DNA from: Candidatus Poribacteria bacterium
Lineage (GTDB): Bacteria; Poribacteria; WGA-4E; WGA-3G
NCBI GenBank assembly: GCA_963666175.2
Contig: CAXXTN010000007.1
Coordinates: 15,041 to 79,040, forward strand
Length of the DNA stretch: 64,000 nt
Direction of reading: 5' to 3'
Below, one piece after another: positions 19,400 through 27,882 of this stretch (positions are counted from its first letter, which is position 1; every line of letters begins with the position of its first letter). The notes under the pieces are model-generated. The model did no database searches. It had not been told where the DNA came from and was given only the letters and a program-made list of their open reading frames with translations. The translations under genes and the position numbers were made by a program.

Positions 19400-20722
19400 T
19401 TAAACAAACAATTCTTCAATTACACTACCATCATCTACGACACGAATTGGTCTTCCAGAACGCGACATGTTCTCTTCCTGATAATCAATGCCAAGTGCAA
19501 AGCAAAGTGAAGCAAACAAGTCAGGGACGGCTACCTTGCCAGAAACGACTTTAGTACCATCTTCATTCGTGCTGCCAACAACTTGTCCACCACGTACGCC
19601 ACCACCTGCTACGACAGCAGACCAACCATTCGGGTGGTGATCGCGTCCATCATTCATATTAATTTTCGGTGTGCGACCAAATTCACCAAGCCAAAGCACA
19701 ACTGTCTCATCAAGAAGATCACGTTCACTTAATTCTTTAATAAGCATAGCATAAGCCGGGTCAACAACATCAAGAAGGCCTTTTGTTCTTTCAAAGTTAT
19801 TTTCATGCGTATCCCAACCATCAAGTGTGATTTCAACAAACTTTACACCAGACTCAATAAGTCTTCGTGCCATCAGACAACCTTGTCCAAACTTGGTCTT
19901 ACCGTAAGCTTGCCGCACTTCTTCCGGTTCCTCATCAAGTTCAAATGCCTTGATTTTTGGGGAGTTAATCAACTCATCTGCTTTCTTGTATATGGCTTCG
20001 TGAGTCTCTGTACCAATACCAGATCGTTTGCTGATGAAATCTTTTTCCAGATTCTTAAGCATTTTGAGACGTTCACGGAAACGGTGTGTATCCATCTGTT
20101 TCGGATACTTAATATCTTCAACTTCTTCCATAGGGTTATTTACCACAAAAGGATCGTGTGATGCACCCAAAAACCCACCAGAATAGGTTGGAGAACTAAT
20201 ATTAACACATGCGGGGAGTTTAGACTCATCGTCATCAAGATAATATGAAGTCAATGACCCTAATGTAGGATGTCGTACAGCACCACCAGGTGCATAACCG
20301 GTATGTAACAAATATCGCGCCCGTTCATGATTACCTTCGCGGGATACCATCGACCGAATAATAGAAAGGTGGTGTGCTTGTTCTGCAAGGTTCGGTAAAT
20401 GCTCTGATATTTCTATACCCTTAACACTAGTAGGAATCGCTTTGAAAGGTCCACTATTTTTCTCCGATGGATCTTTCGGATCAAAAGTATCTAATTGACT
20501 TGGACCGCCACTCATAAACATTACGATACACTGTTTAGCGCGGGGTATCACTGATTCTAACTGTGCGTTTGCAGTAGTTCCAAAATGCTGCATCGCAACA
20601 AGTCCCAGAAAACTACTGACTCCGTATTTAAAGAAACTACGACGGGAAATTTCATTATGCCATATCTCAGGTGTGTCGTATTCGGGCACCCAAATTTCTG
20701 TTCTCATTCCTCTCTTCAGCAT
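19400..20722 (-). CDS. DUF1501 domain protein (sulfatase-fold, Tat-exported)
   Basis: Twin-arginine signal SRRSFFKYGV. DUF1501 hallmarks are present: MSGGPSQLDTFDPK, DGWDTHENN, GEFGRTP, GRDHHP. Confidence 0.85.
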   Translation of the reverse strand: MLKRGMRTEIWVPEYDTPEIWHNEISRRSFFKYGVSSFLGLVAMQHFGTTANAQLESVIPRAKQCIVMFMSGGPSQLDTFDPKDPSEKNSGPFKAIPTSVKGIEISEHLPNLAEQAHHLSIIRSMVSREGNHERARYLLHTGYAPGGAVRHPTLGSLTSYYLDDDESKLPACVNISSPTYSGGFLGASHDPFVVNNPMEEVEDIKYPKQMDTHRFRERLKMLKNLEKDFISKRSGIGTETHEAIYKKADELINSPKIKAFELDEEPEEVRQAYGKTKFGQGCLMARRLIESGVKFVEITLDGWDTHENNFERTKGLLDVVDPAYAMLIKELSERDLLDETVVLWLGEFGRTPKINMNDGRDHHPNGWSAVVAGGGVRGGQVVGSTNEDGTKVVSGKVAVPDLFASLCFALGIDYQEENMSRSGRPIRVVDDGSVIEELFV

Positions 20723-21567
20723 ATCTTAGGCAAGTAATATCACCTTCGAATGCATCTCCTTTATTTTTGTTACCCGCAACCAACGTCATCAGGAACACAC
20801 CTGCGGGAAAGATGTCAATTTGACGCAGTTTTGCACGCGGACTTTACAATTTTCGATCTGCTATGATTTTCAACGAACTAACAATTCCATTGGTAAAGAT
20901 TAAATATATAGTAACATAATAATTATACGTAATCAAGTAAAAAGTTTGAAAGTGTAATTTGGTGTGTGTAAAGTTTTTGCACAAGTCTAAATTTAGGTCT
21001 ATGTTGCGATGTATATAGAGAATGGTATCCATTCCAAATAGTCTTAAAATAAAATAGGAGAGGATACCAATAAGCCAATTTATCTCTTAATCTTCATTTG
21101 GTGTCAATTTAAGTGAAACACCTTTAACCATTAGTCACGTATGAAGATAAATCTATTAAAAGGGTAATCATAACCACCCCGGAACTTGTTGGAGCACTTT
21201 GTAAGCGCGATTGTCAAACCCGTAGGCGGGGAATCATGGCGAATACCATACGCGTATTCGCCAAAGGCATTCATACCGTTGATTTGTCGCTTTGTAAGCG
21301 CGATTGTCTTTGATCTCAAATTACCCAATTTATTACTTAATCTTCATACGGGACGATATGTGGGGTCAATGCGATAAGTTTTAACATATCGTCCCTAATG
21401 AAGATTAATTTATTAAACGGGTAATCTTAATCACCCCAAACTCCGTAGGCGCGCTTTGATGAAGATTAATTTATTAAACGGGTAATCTTAATCACGCCAA
21501 AACTTGTAGGAGCACTTTGTAAGTGTGCTTGTCCAACCCCTGTAGGAGCACTTTTTAAGCGCGATTG

Positions 21568-21831
21568 TCAACTTTTTCCACGCACTACACGCTTACACGC
21601 CAAATAATGCTTACGAGACGCACGAATCCGCCTGCCGAACTCACGAAGCAAACATTCATAAGGTGTATCAACTGCATTCGGAACACACCCGCGCGAAAGC
21701 TTACGAGACTCCCAATACCAACGATAATACGAACCAACACTCACACCCGCTTTTTCACATGCTAAACTCACAGAAGTACGCCTTAGCAACACAACCAGAT
21801 CAGCAATAACCCTTGTAGCAACCGCATTCAA
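21568..21831 (-). pseudogene. Remnant of an IS transposase N-terminal HTH ORF (IS3-orfA-like)
   Basis: This 87-aa ORF (...IADLVVLLRRTSVSLACEKAGVSVGSYYRWYWESRKL...) has the HTH pattern of IS3-type OrfA. No catalytic transposase ORF follows, and the downstream DNA is occupied by REP-like repeats. Confidence 0.4.
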
Positions 21832-22013
21832 CCCTCCTTTTTCGCGAAGGTTTTTATTATCATTTTTTCCAAAAACACCAAATTATAATGCAATTAATGC
21901 AAAATATTTCTTGCAAAATATTTTTATGGACACCATATTTTCAACCCAAAACATAACATAGAGTGTGTAAAGTTTTTGATGCAGATACAAACTTCTGTTT
22001 TCTTTAGTCGCGT

Positions 22014-22128
22014 ATGAAGTTTAATTTATTAAACGGGTAATTCTCATTTTCTCAAACACGGTAGGAGCGGTTTCCTAACCGCTCCGGACTTCTCAAGGAA
22101 ATTACCCGATTTATTTTTTAATCTTCAT
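22014..22128 (+). mobile_element. 115-bp MITE-like element (imperfect ~28-nt TIRs around a GTAGG-headed hairpin)
   Basis: Left end is atgaagtttaatttattaaacgggtaat and right end is attacccgatttattttttaatcttcat. The central hairpin is ggtaggagcggtttcctaaccgctcc. A ~105-nt core is identical by eye to the inverted copy at 63739-63853. Confidence 0.75.
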
Positions 22129-23106
22129 ACGGGACTAAAGAGTTTGAGGTTGTTCGTTTTCTATAAACATTCCATCCCTACGGGACTAAAGAAACAGAAA
22201 TTTATATCTCTGTGCCAAAAACTTTACACTCCCCCAATTACACAGGGTTATTTATAGTAAGACTTACAATTAATGAAACATATTGTCCCAATTGCAAATT
22301 TATAGAATGTCCGAGGCGCAATGAATTGCGCGACTACAAACGCGTTATTCTAAATGTAAAATGTATTGTTAATTTCAAATTTTACTATAGTTTTAGGTAT
22401 TTCTGCTGTATTTCATTACAAACGTTAATGGTTTTGAGATACGATTTAGCTTGTGAACACAACATGGTAGTAGGTACGCTCAGCGTGCCGTCCATACAGA
22501 TAGGATTACGGCACACGGAGTGTGCCTACTACTATGCATCGCTACAAGTCAACCCTAACTCTTAGTAAAACTCAACAACGTGCAATTTATAAAACTAAAT
22601 AACCCTGCCAATTACATCATACTGTTGATTTTTCCATAAGTTTCTGCTATACTGTGCATTTATAGTAGATTTCGAAATTGCTTGAATACTCTGCATAAGC
22701 GAGGTTAGGAACCTCCAAATCAAGGTTGAATACACTTATGGTATTCAACGCCTACTTGTAAATGTAAGAGACGCAATGTTGAAGATTAATTTATTGAACA
22801 GGTAATCTTACACATCCAAAACTTGTAGGCGCGCTTTGTAAGCGCGCAGGACTTCTATCTCAAATTACCCTATTTCTTTCTTAATCTTCATGAAGTTAAT
22901 ACCCAAGACGGTTGAGGCGGTTTCCTAACCGCTTTGGAACCCACAAGAAAGCTGACTGTGAAAGGTTTTAGCTCAAATTCGGTAGAATACGCGTATGATA
23001 TTCTGCATTGGTTAGGAAACCACACCTACTGTCTTGACATTTAGCATTTGTAGATAAACACAAGAAAAACCGAAAACGAATTAATCTTGTAAAAATGGTA
23101 TTTCTC

Positions 23107-23136
23107 TTTACAAACGTTAGGTAGTTATGTTAATAT
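23107..23136 (+). promoter_or_regulatory. Candidate sigma70-type promoter upstream of the PspA/AAA+ module
   Basis: TTTACA (23107-23112), 18-nt spacer, TAATAT (23131-23136). It lies about 100 nt upstream of the first gene. Sequence pattern only. Confidence 0.25.
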
Positions 23137-23239
23137 ATGTGAGGTAATTATAGCTAGAAATTATAGGTAATTAGGCTGAACAGCAACTATCAAAGTAGAT
23201 TTTTATACAGCTGCTCCAGATAATGACAGTGTATGCAAT

Positions 23240-24082
23240 TTGGTGATAAAGTTGATTGATAAGAAATTATTTCTTCAGAAATATCTACTCCACCTTATTA
23301 ACAATCCATTTACCATTTACCCATTTGCTGCGGGAGTACTTGGGGTTTTCGCTTCATGGGTTTTCAATTTAGAACCACAGATATTATATTTGTTTGCTGG
23401 TGCTGTCGTCGGTCTTGGGTTACCAATAGGGGCATTGATAACGAAGTGGACTTCTGGCACAGATGACATTGCAAAAAAGGTTCATGAGGAACTTCTTCAT
23501 GATGCACATCAAAAACAGGAAGAGGAACTGAACGCACTGCATCAGCAATTGCTGAAAGATGGTGATCAAAGAACAGAACAGATGCTTGAAGAACTGCGGA
23601 TGTTACACGAATCTTTTCAAGAAGAGGCAATGGATACAGGTTGGATGGCTTCTTTACCACTTACCGTAAGTGCTGAAATCGCGGGTAAAGTCTCAGATCT
23701 CTTCAATCAAGCAGTTCAATGTCTCAAAGACACTTTGAAGATGTATGAGAAATCAAAAGATTCAAAATTAGCGACCGTCAAACGGGTGCTTCAGCAACAC
23801 AGAGAGCAACAAATTGTTGATGTTCAGCAGACAATAGTTCAACTTACAAATCTATATGCTCGTGTAATAACGCTTAGTCCTGAAAGCAATGAGACTGAAC
23901 TCTCACGGCTTCGCACTGAACTTGATGAAAGCCTTGCATTTGCCAAGAAAGTTGACGAGCAAATACGAGAATCTACACCAAATATTGATGTTGATTTGTC
24001 TAATGTGGAAACTTCAATTGGAGAATCAACAATTACAACGCATCAGAATGTTGAATCTACGGAAGAAAGCAATTATCAGTGA
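23240..24082 (+). CDS. Membrane-anchored coiled-coil protein (two N-terminal TM helices plus ~200-aa helical region)
   Basis: The TM helices are FTIYPFAAGVLGVFASWVF and ILYLFAGAVVGLGLPIGALI. A charged heptad-like helical sequence follows. No in-frame ATG precedes the TM helices, so the start must be TTG (23240) or GTG (23243). Confidence 0.7.
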   Translation: MVIKLIDKKLFLQKYLLHLINNPFTIYPFAAGVLGVFASWVFNLEPQILYLFAGAVVGLGLPIGALITKWTSGTDDIAKKVHEELLHDAHQKQEEELNALHQQLLKDGDQRTEQMLEELRMLHESFQEEAMDTGWMASLPLTVSAEIAGKVSDLFNQAVQCLKDTLKMYEKSKDSKLATVKRVLQQHREQQIVDVQQTIVQLTNLYARVITLSPESNETELSRLRTELDESLAFAKKVDEQIRESTPNIDVDLSNVETSIGESTITTHQNVESTEESNYQ

Positions 24083-24124
24083 ATATGATTGATATGAATC
24101 CATTTTTAACACTGGAGGTAATCA

Positions 24125-24892
24125 ATGCAAAACGGAATCACGCGTTTATACAATGCTATCTGGTATACACAAGTTGGACGTGCACTTGAACAGAAGGATA
24201 TAGAAAAAACAGAAAAAGAATACATAGATATTACACATGATACTCTTGTTGTCGACTTTGATAAGAACCGTGAAGATACTCAAACCAGAAAACATGGTAA
24301 AAGCCTTTGGAGTAAATCTGAAGTTTTACCCGATTCCAAAGTTAACAGCAAAACATCCGGGATAGTAACTCAGAAAGTCCTTATAGATAATCTTGATGCT
24401 GTCAGACAGACTTATGAAGACATAATCAACGATAAAAGGAATAATATTCAACGATACAAACTTGCAATAGGACAACTCATTCCTCTTATAGAACAGAAAA
24501 AGAATTCACTGAAAAGTATTTTAGATGATATGGATAAGCTTGAAAAGTTGAAGAAGGCAGCAATTGCTAAGTCTAAAAACATTTCCTTAGAACTAAAAGA
24601 ATCTGGTTTATCAGATAGAGAGATAGAACGGCATCCAGACTATACACGATGCCTCAGTTCATATAATGATTTCGATTCTACCGTCAAGGAGAAAAACGTT
24701 CGTGTGGACGAACTTGAACAGGATATTGAACGTGCACAAGCAGATATTGAACATCATAAATCTAATATCACACACCTTCACCGTGATGTAGAAAAGATAA
24801 AAACAGAACAATCTGAAGCGATAGCAGACCTTATTACTGCTCGTGAAAAAGGGAAAATTAATGAAGTTTTATCGGATATCAAAGTAGAATGA
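24125..24892 (+). CDS. PspA/IM30-family (ESCRT-III fold) protein, divergent paralog with an N-terminal insertion
   Basis: The N-terminus MQNGITRLYNAIWYT..GRA and residues ~90-255 align by eye with the downstream paralog. Roughly two-thirds of residues are identical over the stretch I aligned. A ~60-aa insert follows the first helix. Confidence 0.75.
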   Translation: MQNGITRLYNAIWYTQVGRALEQKDIEKTEKEYIDITHDTLVVDFDKNREDTQTRKHGKSLWSKSEVLPDSKVNSKTSGIVTQKVLIDNLDAVRQTYEDIINDKRNNIQRYKLAIGQLIPLIEQKKNSLKSILDDMDKLEKLKKAAIAKSKNISLELKESGLSDREIERHPDYTRCLSSYNDFDSTVKEKNVRVDELEQDIERAQADIEHHKSNITHLHRDVEKIKTEQSEAIADLITAREKGKINEVLSDIKVE

Positions 24893-24953
24893 TATTAAAT
24901 CAAGAAATAACAAATTGTGAATAATCAATTCATTTCATATAGGAGGATTTACT

Positions 24954-25790
24954 ATGGCAAACGGATTCACCCGTTTTTTCAAAGCGATCTGGTATACACT
25001 TACTGGTCGCGCACATGATCAAGCTGACAAATTGATGGAAGACCCTCATGCTATCCGCGGAGCTTATGAGGGTATTATCCGTGATAAACAAGACAATATC
25101 CAACAATACAAGCAAGCAATTGGCCAACTAATTGCACTTGTTGAACAGAAAAAGAACTCACTCAAGGCACTTACCGATGATATAGACAGACTCGAAAAGA
25201 TGAAGGCAGGTGCAATTGCTAAGGCAAAAAGTACGGCTGCAGAATTGCAGCAGGCTGGTACACCAGATGAAGAGATCAAACAACATCCAGAATATGTCCG
25301 ATGTGTTGGCTCATATAACGATTTTCATTCAACTTTGGAGGAGAAAAACGCAAGAATCTCCGAACTTGAAGCAGATATTGATAGGGCACAAAATGATATT
25401 GAAGCACACAAACTTCAAATTACTGGACTTGCCCGTGATCTTGATAAAATTAAAACAGAACAATCTGAGGCCGTTGCTGATCTCATTACTGCCAACCAAC
25501 AAGAGGAAATTGCAGATATGTTGTCTGGTATTAGCACAGATGGAACTTCTGCAGAATTGTCACGTATGCGTGAAATTCGTGAAAAAGCAAAAGGACGTGC
25601 AGTCGTAGCACAAGAACTCGCTGGTACAGACACACGTGCAGAAGAAGAGGAATTTCTTGCTGCAGCAAGGACTACTTCTGCTTCCGATGAGTTTGATTCG
25701 CTAATTTTCGGAGCACAACAAACCGATACACCAGCACAAACTGATGAGGCAACGAGCGAATCACAGAGTGATTCAGAACTGCCGTTATAA
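24954..25790 (+). CDS. pspA: PspA/IM30-family (ESCRT-III fold) protein
   Basis: MANGFTRFFKAIWYTLTGRAHDQADKLMEDPHAIRGAYEGIIRDKQDNIQQYKQAIGQLIA follows the PspA pattern (M.(I/L)F.R....+......L+K.EDP...+...I.+M...L......A+A). It has long coiled-coil helices and an acidic C-terminal tail. Confidence 0.8.
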   Translation: MANGFTRFFKAIWYTLTGRAHDQADKLMEDPHAIRGAYEGIIRDKQDNIQQYKQAIGQLIALVEQKKNSLKALTDDIDRLEKMKAGAIAKAKSTAAELQQAGTPDEEIKQHPEYVRCVGSYNDFHSTLEEKNARISELEADIDRAQNDIEAHKLQITGLARDLDKIKTEQSEAVADLITANQQEEIADMLSGISTDGTSAELSRMREIREKAKGRAVVAQELAGTDTRAEEEEFLAAARTTSASDEFDSLIFGAQQTDTPAQTDEATSESQSDSELPL

Positions 25791-25882
25791 TTCTCTAAAA
25801 TAAGTTAATTCATATCTGCGGGTAATCCTGCCTATTCAATACATACTGTATTTGGGGCATAGATACCCGCTTGATATGTTAC

Positions 25883-26030
25883 TATAACCTAAGTTGCCAC
25901 CATTAGTTGGAGTGGTTTCCAACCACGATTGTTATGAAGAGGCACTAAAATATGCAGAATTCCTTTGTTTCTTCGTTTGACAAAGTAATTCGATGATTAA
26001 TATTCAGTAGGTAGCAACTTAGGTTACTAT
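25883..26030. repeat. ~150-bp MITE/REP-like element inside the PspA/AAA+ gene cluster
   Basis: The TIRs are tataacctaagttgccacc (25883-25901) and ggtagcaacttaggttacta (to ~26029). The internal unit ccattagttggagtggtttccaaccacgatt recurs at 47.2 kb and 54.7 kb. Confidence 0.65.
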
Positions 26031-26053
26031 ATCAAATATAAGAGAGATTGTTA

Positions 26054-27856
26054 ATGAACGTAAACACATGGCATCAGGAGAATACACCGAGTTGTTGGGA
26101 AAGGGTTTTAGAAAGGCTTAAGTCGTTTGAGGCACAAGTACACCACATAAAAGAAACAAAAAGGCTATCAGCGATACCGCCTCAAATTCTAGATTCTTTC
26201 TACCAGTTTCACGATGACTTGATTGCTGAAACAAGTGATACTTTGCGTTCATATCAAAATACTCAGTCTTTAGACTCTCTACATACAGTATTGGATAATT
26301 CATTCGTTGAGGCAATTTGGTTATCACTTGACCAATATCCCGAACTTGTCAATCACAAAGATATAGAAAACCTTGACACTGCAGGTTCCAAAATCTTCAC
26401 ACGCTTTTCCCCTGATGCCCCAACAGATGTCGCTGATAGAGAGAAATTAAAATCTAAGATTCAACAGATTTTTAAATTATCTTCGGATTCATTAGAAAAA
26501 CTGACAAGTAAACTTGGTAATCGGACTGCACCATTACAACACAGGCATCAAATTATGAGATGTCTACAGACACGATTCAATCTGGTATCTGGAAATCCTG
26601 AATTGGATTGCGATGCACTCAGACTGTTTCAAGAATTATATCCCACTGCCCCTTTTGATGTCGGGGAAGTAAAACTGATAAAAACCTGTTCCGCACTTTA
26701 TTTCTGTTTGCCTTCTAAAGTGAAGGAGATTGACACAGAATCTTCAGGTAATATAAAGTCTGAAGAAACAGATAAATCTCATAATGTAAAGTCAGATAAT
26801 AAATTAGGATACGCGCAATTTCTCAGAAGGATTTGGCAGGTTGAACCTTTCGCACACTTTCCAGTCTTTGGTACATTTAACGCAGAGGAACTTGATCCCA
26901 GTTTCCGGTCAATGATTGCTGATGACACTGGTTTATCTATTGATTTGGTAACAACGACACTCACACGGATGATCGGCTTTCTACCCATAGAGGAACTGGA
27001 TAAATACCTTATTCATGACACTTGGGGACATCAATGGCAAGAGAGTTTACTTGATTTTGAGGATCTTTATACAGAATTATCTCTTTTTGATCGTCCACTG
27101 TCTGTCATGGAATCTGCTTCTGTCTTAGGTGAACATACTACATTCGGAGATGCGTTTCTCAAAACTGCTTCGGGGAAAATACAACTGGATCCGGAAATTC
27201 TTACGAAATTTATAGATTCTGAGTTGTATGAACGGTCTATAGTCGCATTTACACCTATTTTAGCTGAAATGTTAGCGGATGTTGTAGAATACAAATTCCT
27301 AAAACTACATCCTGAACAGGTTGACTTAATGCCAAGTTCGTCCCTACTTAAGGACTATCCAAGCAAACTGGATTTAACGCTTGAGGATCTACACAACTGT
27401 TTTGAACGCGCATCTGAAGCATTTCAAACGTGGGTCGACTCAGATGAAGCAAAAAATAGATTACATAATGAGATATGCGAAAAATTTGATATTCAAGATA
27501 GTGAAAGTAACTACAAAGAATTGAATGACATTCTTGAAAATGCCGTCGTGATTTGTAAAGAACGACTTGAAAGGTTTTATCAACCTGAATGGTATTGGGA
27601 AAGAACCGAAGACAACAGTCTGAAACTCAACGCATTTAGTTTCGCCGCACTCAACTTTCTCCGTATTCATACCGCTTTCTTACATACATATCAAAGACTT
27701 TCACAGATTGAAACTTCGTATGGTTTTATGGATGCACTTGTTCTGGCAATGGGAGCTTTCTTTGAAAAGGAACCGCAACGACATATTTGGCAACTTGACA
27801 GTTTTTTGACTGAAGGTTTTCTACCACGATGGGAAATGTTTGCTCAGGCAAATTAA
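26054..27856 (+). CDS. Hypothetical ~600-aa mostly helical protein (no recognised family)
   Basis: Long ORF with coding-like composition. I prefer the ATG at 26054 (MNVNTWHQ); the track starts at TTG 26048. The only notable motif is YLIHDTWGHQWQE. The stop lies 26 nt before the AAA+ gene. Confidence 0.7.
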   Translation: MNVNTWHQENTPSCWERVLERLKSFEAQVHHIKETKRLSAIPPQILDSFYQFHDDLIAETSDTLRSYQNTQSLDSLHTVLDNSFVEAIWLSLDQYPELVNHKDIENLDTAGSKIFTRFSPDAPTDVADREKLKSKIQQIFKLSSDSLEKLTSKLGNRTAPLQHRHQIMRCLQTRFNLVSGNPELDCDALRLFQELYPTAPFDVGEVKLIKTCSALYFCLPSKVKEIDTESSGNIKSEETDKSHNVKSDNKLGYAQFLRRIWQVEPFAHFPVFGTFNAEELDPSFRSMIADDTGLSIDLVTTTLTRMIGFLPIEELDKYLIHDTWGHQWQESLLDFEDLYTELSLFDRPLSVMESASVLGEHTTFGDAFLKTASGKIQLDPEILTKFIDSELYERSIVAFTPILAEMLADVVEYKFLKLHPEQVDLMPSSSLLKDYPSKLDLTLEDLHNCFERASEAFQTWVDSDEAKNRLHNEICEKFDIQDSESNYKELNDILENAVVICKERLERFYQPEWYWERTEDNSLKLNAFSFAALNFLRIHTAFLHTYQRLSQIETSYGFMDALVLAMGAFFEKEPQRHIWQLDSFLTEGFLPRWEMFAQAN

Positions 27857-27882
27857 CACAAAAGACTGATCTTTCTTGAAGG

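Larger units (their letters stand above)
20961..23030. repeat. ~2-kb cluster of nested REP/BIME- and MITE-like palindromic elements with an embedded IS remnant
   Basis: Multiple copies and half-copies of the atgaagattaatttattaaacgggtaat TIR element lie at 21141-21347, 21398-21458, 21459-~21575, 22014-22128 and 22779-22891. GTAGG-headed hairpins occur at 22061-22085 and 22825-22847, among others. The GTGTGTAAAGTTTTTG terminal motif occurs at 20961, 21961 and, inverted, at 22210-22233. Confidence 0.8.

Noticed and set aside
19400-20722. DUF1501 gene lacking its usual upstream DUF1549/DUF1553 (PSCyt-type) partner, suggesting a deletion caused by the adjacent IS/REP cluster.
   Set aside because: This is plausible but cannot be tested from this window. 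Orphan DUF1501 genes do exist, and no partner remnant is detectable in the 240 nt before the repeats begin.
20723-20843. Short minus-strand reading frame ...RQIDIFPAGVFLMTLVAGNKNKG..., which vaguely resembles protein-kinase subdomain IX (DIWSLGVILYELLTG). It could be a kinase gene remnant upstream of DUF1501.
   Set aside because: It is only ~40 codons long. No DFG or HRD motifs occur at the correct spacing in adjoining frames. Similarity at that length is within chance.
21131-22565. Track ORFs of 63-117 aa inside the repeat cluster (21131..21328, 21186..21377, 21565..21765, 22212..22565) and analogous ones at 47209..47391, 47655..47843 and 48111..48329.
   Set aside because: They translate palindromic repeat DNA. 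Both strands give ORFs over the same hairpins, and there are no RBS or family motifs. Only 21568..21831 has a recognisable HTH pattern, and I treat that as a remnant.
21180-22850. Hairpins with 7-8-nt loops such as C-TTTGTAA-G and G-TTTCCTAA-C that look like tRNA anticodon arms. They raise the possibility of tRNA genes or tRNA-derived SINE-like elements.
   Set aside because: I could find no acceptor stem, no D or T arms and no GTTC-type T-loop around any of them. The stems are too long for anticodon arms.
25210-25608. 132-aa alternate-frame ORF within the second pspA gene, and 25064..25279 and 25415..25633 on the opposite strand.
   Set aside because: They are embedded in a gene with clear family-level homology in another frame. 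Their low-complexity translations are typical of coiled-coil gene shadows.
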